A DNA stretch of 36,384 nt from a virus (Duplodnaviria > Caudoviricetes), in IMG/VR virus record IMGVR_UViG_3300044513_002008, positions 1 through 36,384 of that record; one strand, given 5' to 3'. How positions within the stretch are numbered: position 1 is the stretch's first letter; every line of letters starts with the position of its first letter. Under the pieces are notes generated by a model. The model searched no databases, was not told the DNA's origin, and saw only the letters and a program-made list of their open reading frames with translations. Positions 34,999 to 36,384 of the stretch are shown here, piece by piece. A program made the translations under genes and the position numbers.

Positions 34999-35556
34999 AT
35001 GAAAGCATTAGTACAAGACGGAAATATAAAACTTTATAAAAGTTTGCCTAATAAATTGAAAGTAGGCAATACGCTTATTTTGGGAGGTTCTAAAAACCTA
35101 TCCGATGAAAGGTTAAAGGAATTGGGTATTTATGATGTCGTTAAACCAGCATACGACCCACAAACTCAAACAAAGGGTGGATTATATTTTGATGAAGTAA
35201 ACGAAATAGTTACTTACGATGTATCTGACATAGACTTTAGTCAAGATATGGACATTTTAGACGAAAATGGCGACCCAATAGGCGAAACCGAGAAACGATA
35301 CAAAATAGCCGACATCAAAGCAAGTAAGATTGCAGAGATTAAATCAAAAGCAGGAGATTTACTAAAACCAACCGATTGGCAAGTTATTAGACAGATAGAA
35401 AGAAACATAGATATTGATACAGAAGTAGCTACAGAGAGAGCGGGTATCTTAGCGGAAGCCGATAGGTTAGAAGCTGAGGTAAATGCTAAGAAGTCTTACA
35501 AGACTGTTTTGCAATACAAAGTACAGTTTTTTCCATCTGAACCCGAAGTAATATGA
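34999..35556 (+). CDS. Tail fibre assembly/chaperone-like protein (copy B)
   Basis: ATG at 34999; shares TQTKGGLYFD, EKRYKIADIKASKI and EADRLEAEVNA with 3601..4152. Confidence 0.65.
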   Translation: MKALVQDGNIKLYKSLPNKLKVGNTLILGGSKNLSDERLKELGIYDVVKPAYDPQTQTKGGLYFDEVNEIVTYDVSDIDFSQDMDILDENGDPIGETEKRYKIADIKASKIAEIKSKAGDLLKPTDWQVIRQIERNIDIDTEVATERAGILAEADRLEAEVNAKKSYKTVLQYKVQFFPSEPEVI

Positions 35557-36384
35557 TTTTAGGAAAACGTTTAATAAACACAGGAGCAGAAGAAGCCTGT
35601 CTAACCGATACAACTGACATCTTTGGCGATTCAAGTGGTGTTGCTTTATATTCTTTGAATTATGATGCAAGTACTGCCCCTGACGCATCAACCGATTATA
35701 GTGGCACACCTACAAACGTTGAGTTCGGAGTAGATGGTCAAATAAACTATGGTGCAAGATTTAATGGGAGTAGTAGTGTAATAAAGCTTACATCTGGTGA
35801 TGGTATAAATGTAGCTAATGCTAACTCTTTATCTCTTTGGTTTTATGTAAATGATAGTGTAACTTCTTTTGATACATTATATTCTAATATTGTTTTAGGA
35901 GGAGAGTTAGTAGGACAAATGAATATTGTTGTCAACAATGGTGTAAGAATTTATGGTATAAGAACTAATGGTTCTACTTCTACTACTAATCTACAATATA
36001 CTGCTACATTATCTTTAAATACTTGGCATCACCTTGTTGTAGTAATGCAAGGAGGAAGTGATACGCCAAGTGCTGTTTATATAGATGATACACCTTTAAC
36101 TGCCTCACCACAAGCTAATACTGCTATCACCTCACAATACGCCTATCCTTATATTGGTGGAGCATCTAATTCTGCAAAAACAAACTATTTTAATGGCAAA
36201 ATAGACCAAGTAAGAATATTCTCTAAAGCGTTATCTTCTGATGAAGTATCTACTCTTTACGCAGAAACCGCTTGTGTATATACTTGTACTACTGATACAG
36301 TAGATTACCCTACAACCAATTTAGCTTATTACAAATTAGACAATTCAGCAGAGGATGAAAAGGGAAGCTATGATGGAACTGAAA
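35553..36384 (+). CDS. LamG-domain adhesin, 3'-truncated (second allele/paralog; not in ORF track)
   Basis: Open from ATG 35553 to the window end: MILGKRLI...GQINYGARFNGSS...SLWF...WHHLVVV...FNGKIDQVRIFSKALSS. Confidence 0.85.
   Translation, partial: MILGKRLINTGAEEACLTDTTDIFGDSSGVALYSLNYDASTAPDASTDYSGTPTNVEFGVDGQINYGARFNGSSSVIKLTSGDGINVANANSLSLWFYVNDSVTSFDTLYSNIVLGGELVGQMNIVVNNGVRIYGIRTNGSTSTTNLQYTATLSLNTWHHLVVVMQGGSDTPSAVYIDDTPLTASPQANTAITSQYAYPYIGGASNSAKTNYFNGKIDQVRIFSKALSSDEVSTLYAETACVYTCTTDTVDYPTTNLAYYKLDNSAEDEKGSYDGTE

Noticed and set aside
3096-35709. Other minus-strand and nested alternative-frame ORFs in the track
   Set aside because: They are shadows of longer plus-strand genes with recognisable motifs and have no protein-like features of their own.
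4932-36239. Diversity-generating retroelement (TR/VR pair) in the LamG genes
   Set aside because: There is no reverse transcriptase in the window. The repeats are conserved flanks inside two coding genes, not a template plus a C-terminal variable region.
3242-36384. Direct terminal repeat / exact circular overlap
   Set aside because: The two ends are homologous but differ at many synonymous and non-synonymous sites; there is no long exact overlap.
1-36384. Prophage/lysogeny module, CRISPR array, tRNA, intron/intein or stop-codon reassignment
   Set aside because: No integrase or repressor, no spaced repeats and no cloverleaf seen. TerL and helicase are of normal length, and genes tile densely under the standard code with TAA, TAG and TGA all used as stops.

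Overview
A near-complete, all-plus-strand, AT-rich tailed phage genome, most likely a lytic siphovirus of marine Flavobacteriia (Bacteroidota). The host call rests on a DUF3127 SSB, TAnnTT(T/A)G promoters and A-rich leaders without Shine-Dalgarno sites. Layout: tail-fibre/adhesin array (1-7110); lysis (7158-8405); early/replication genes (NinG-like, SSB, SF4 helicase, ECF-like sigma, RecE-like exonuclease, ParB-like + DNA MTase, DnaA-C-like; 8644-16674); terminase; tail genes; protease, scaffold, capsid, tail tube, portal and adaptor; then a second, diverged adaptor-chaperone-LamG adhesin module that runs off the right end. Main observations: (1) six copies of a bipartite WWACA-N15-TATTG late-promoter motif, three with ATG exactly 7 nt downstream (probably leaderless), plausibly read by the phage sigma factor; (2) LamG cores that do not align, flanked by near-identical DNA blocks, suggesting cassette exchange; (3) nine GATC sites in the first 4 kb and none found in the remaining 32 kb, so the left end has a different origin (recent recombinant or assembly chimera); (4) two U-rich, terminator-ended sRNA candidates antisense to A-rich translation-initiation regions; (5) a -1 frameshift in the tail chaperone gene. 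All product calls come from motif recognition by eye; no database search was run.
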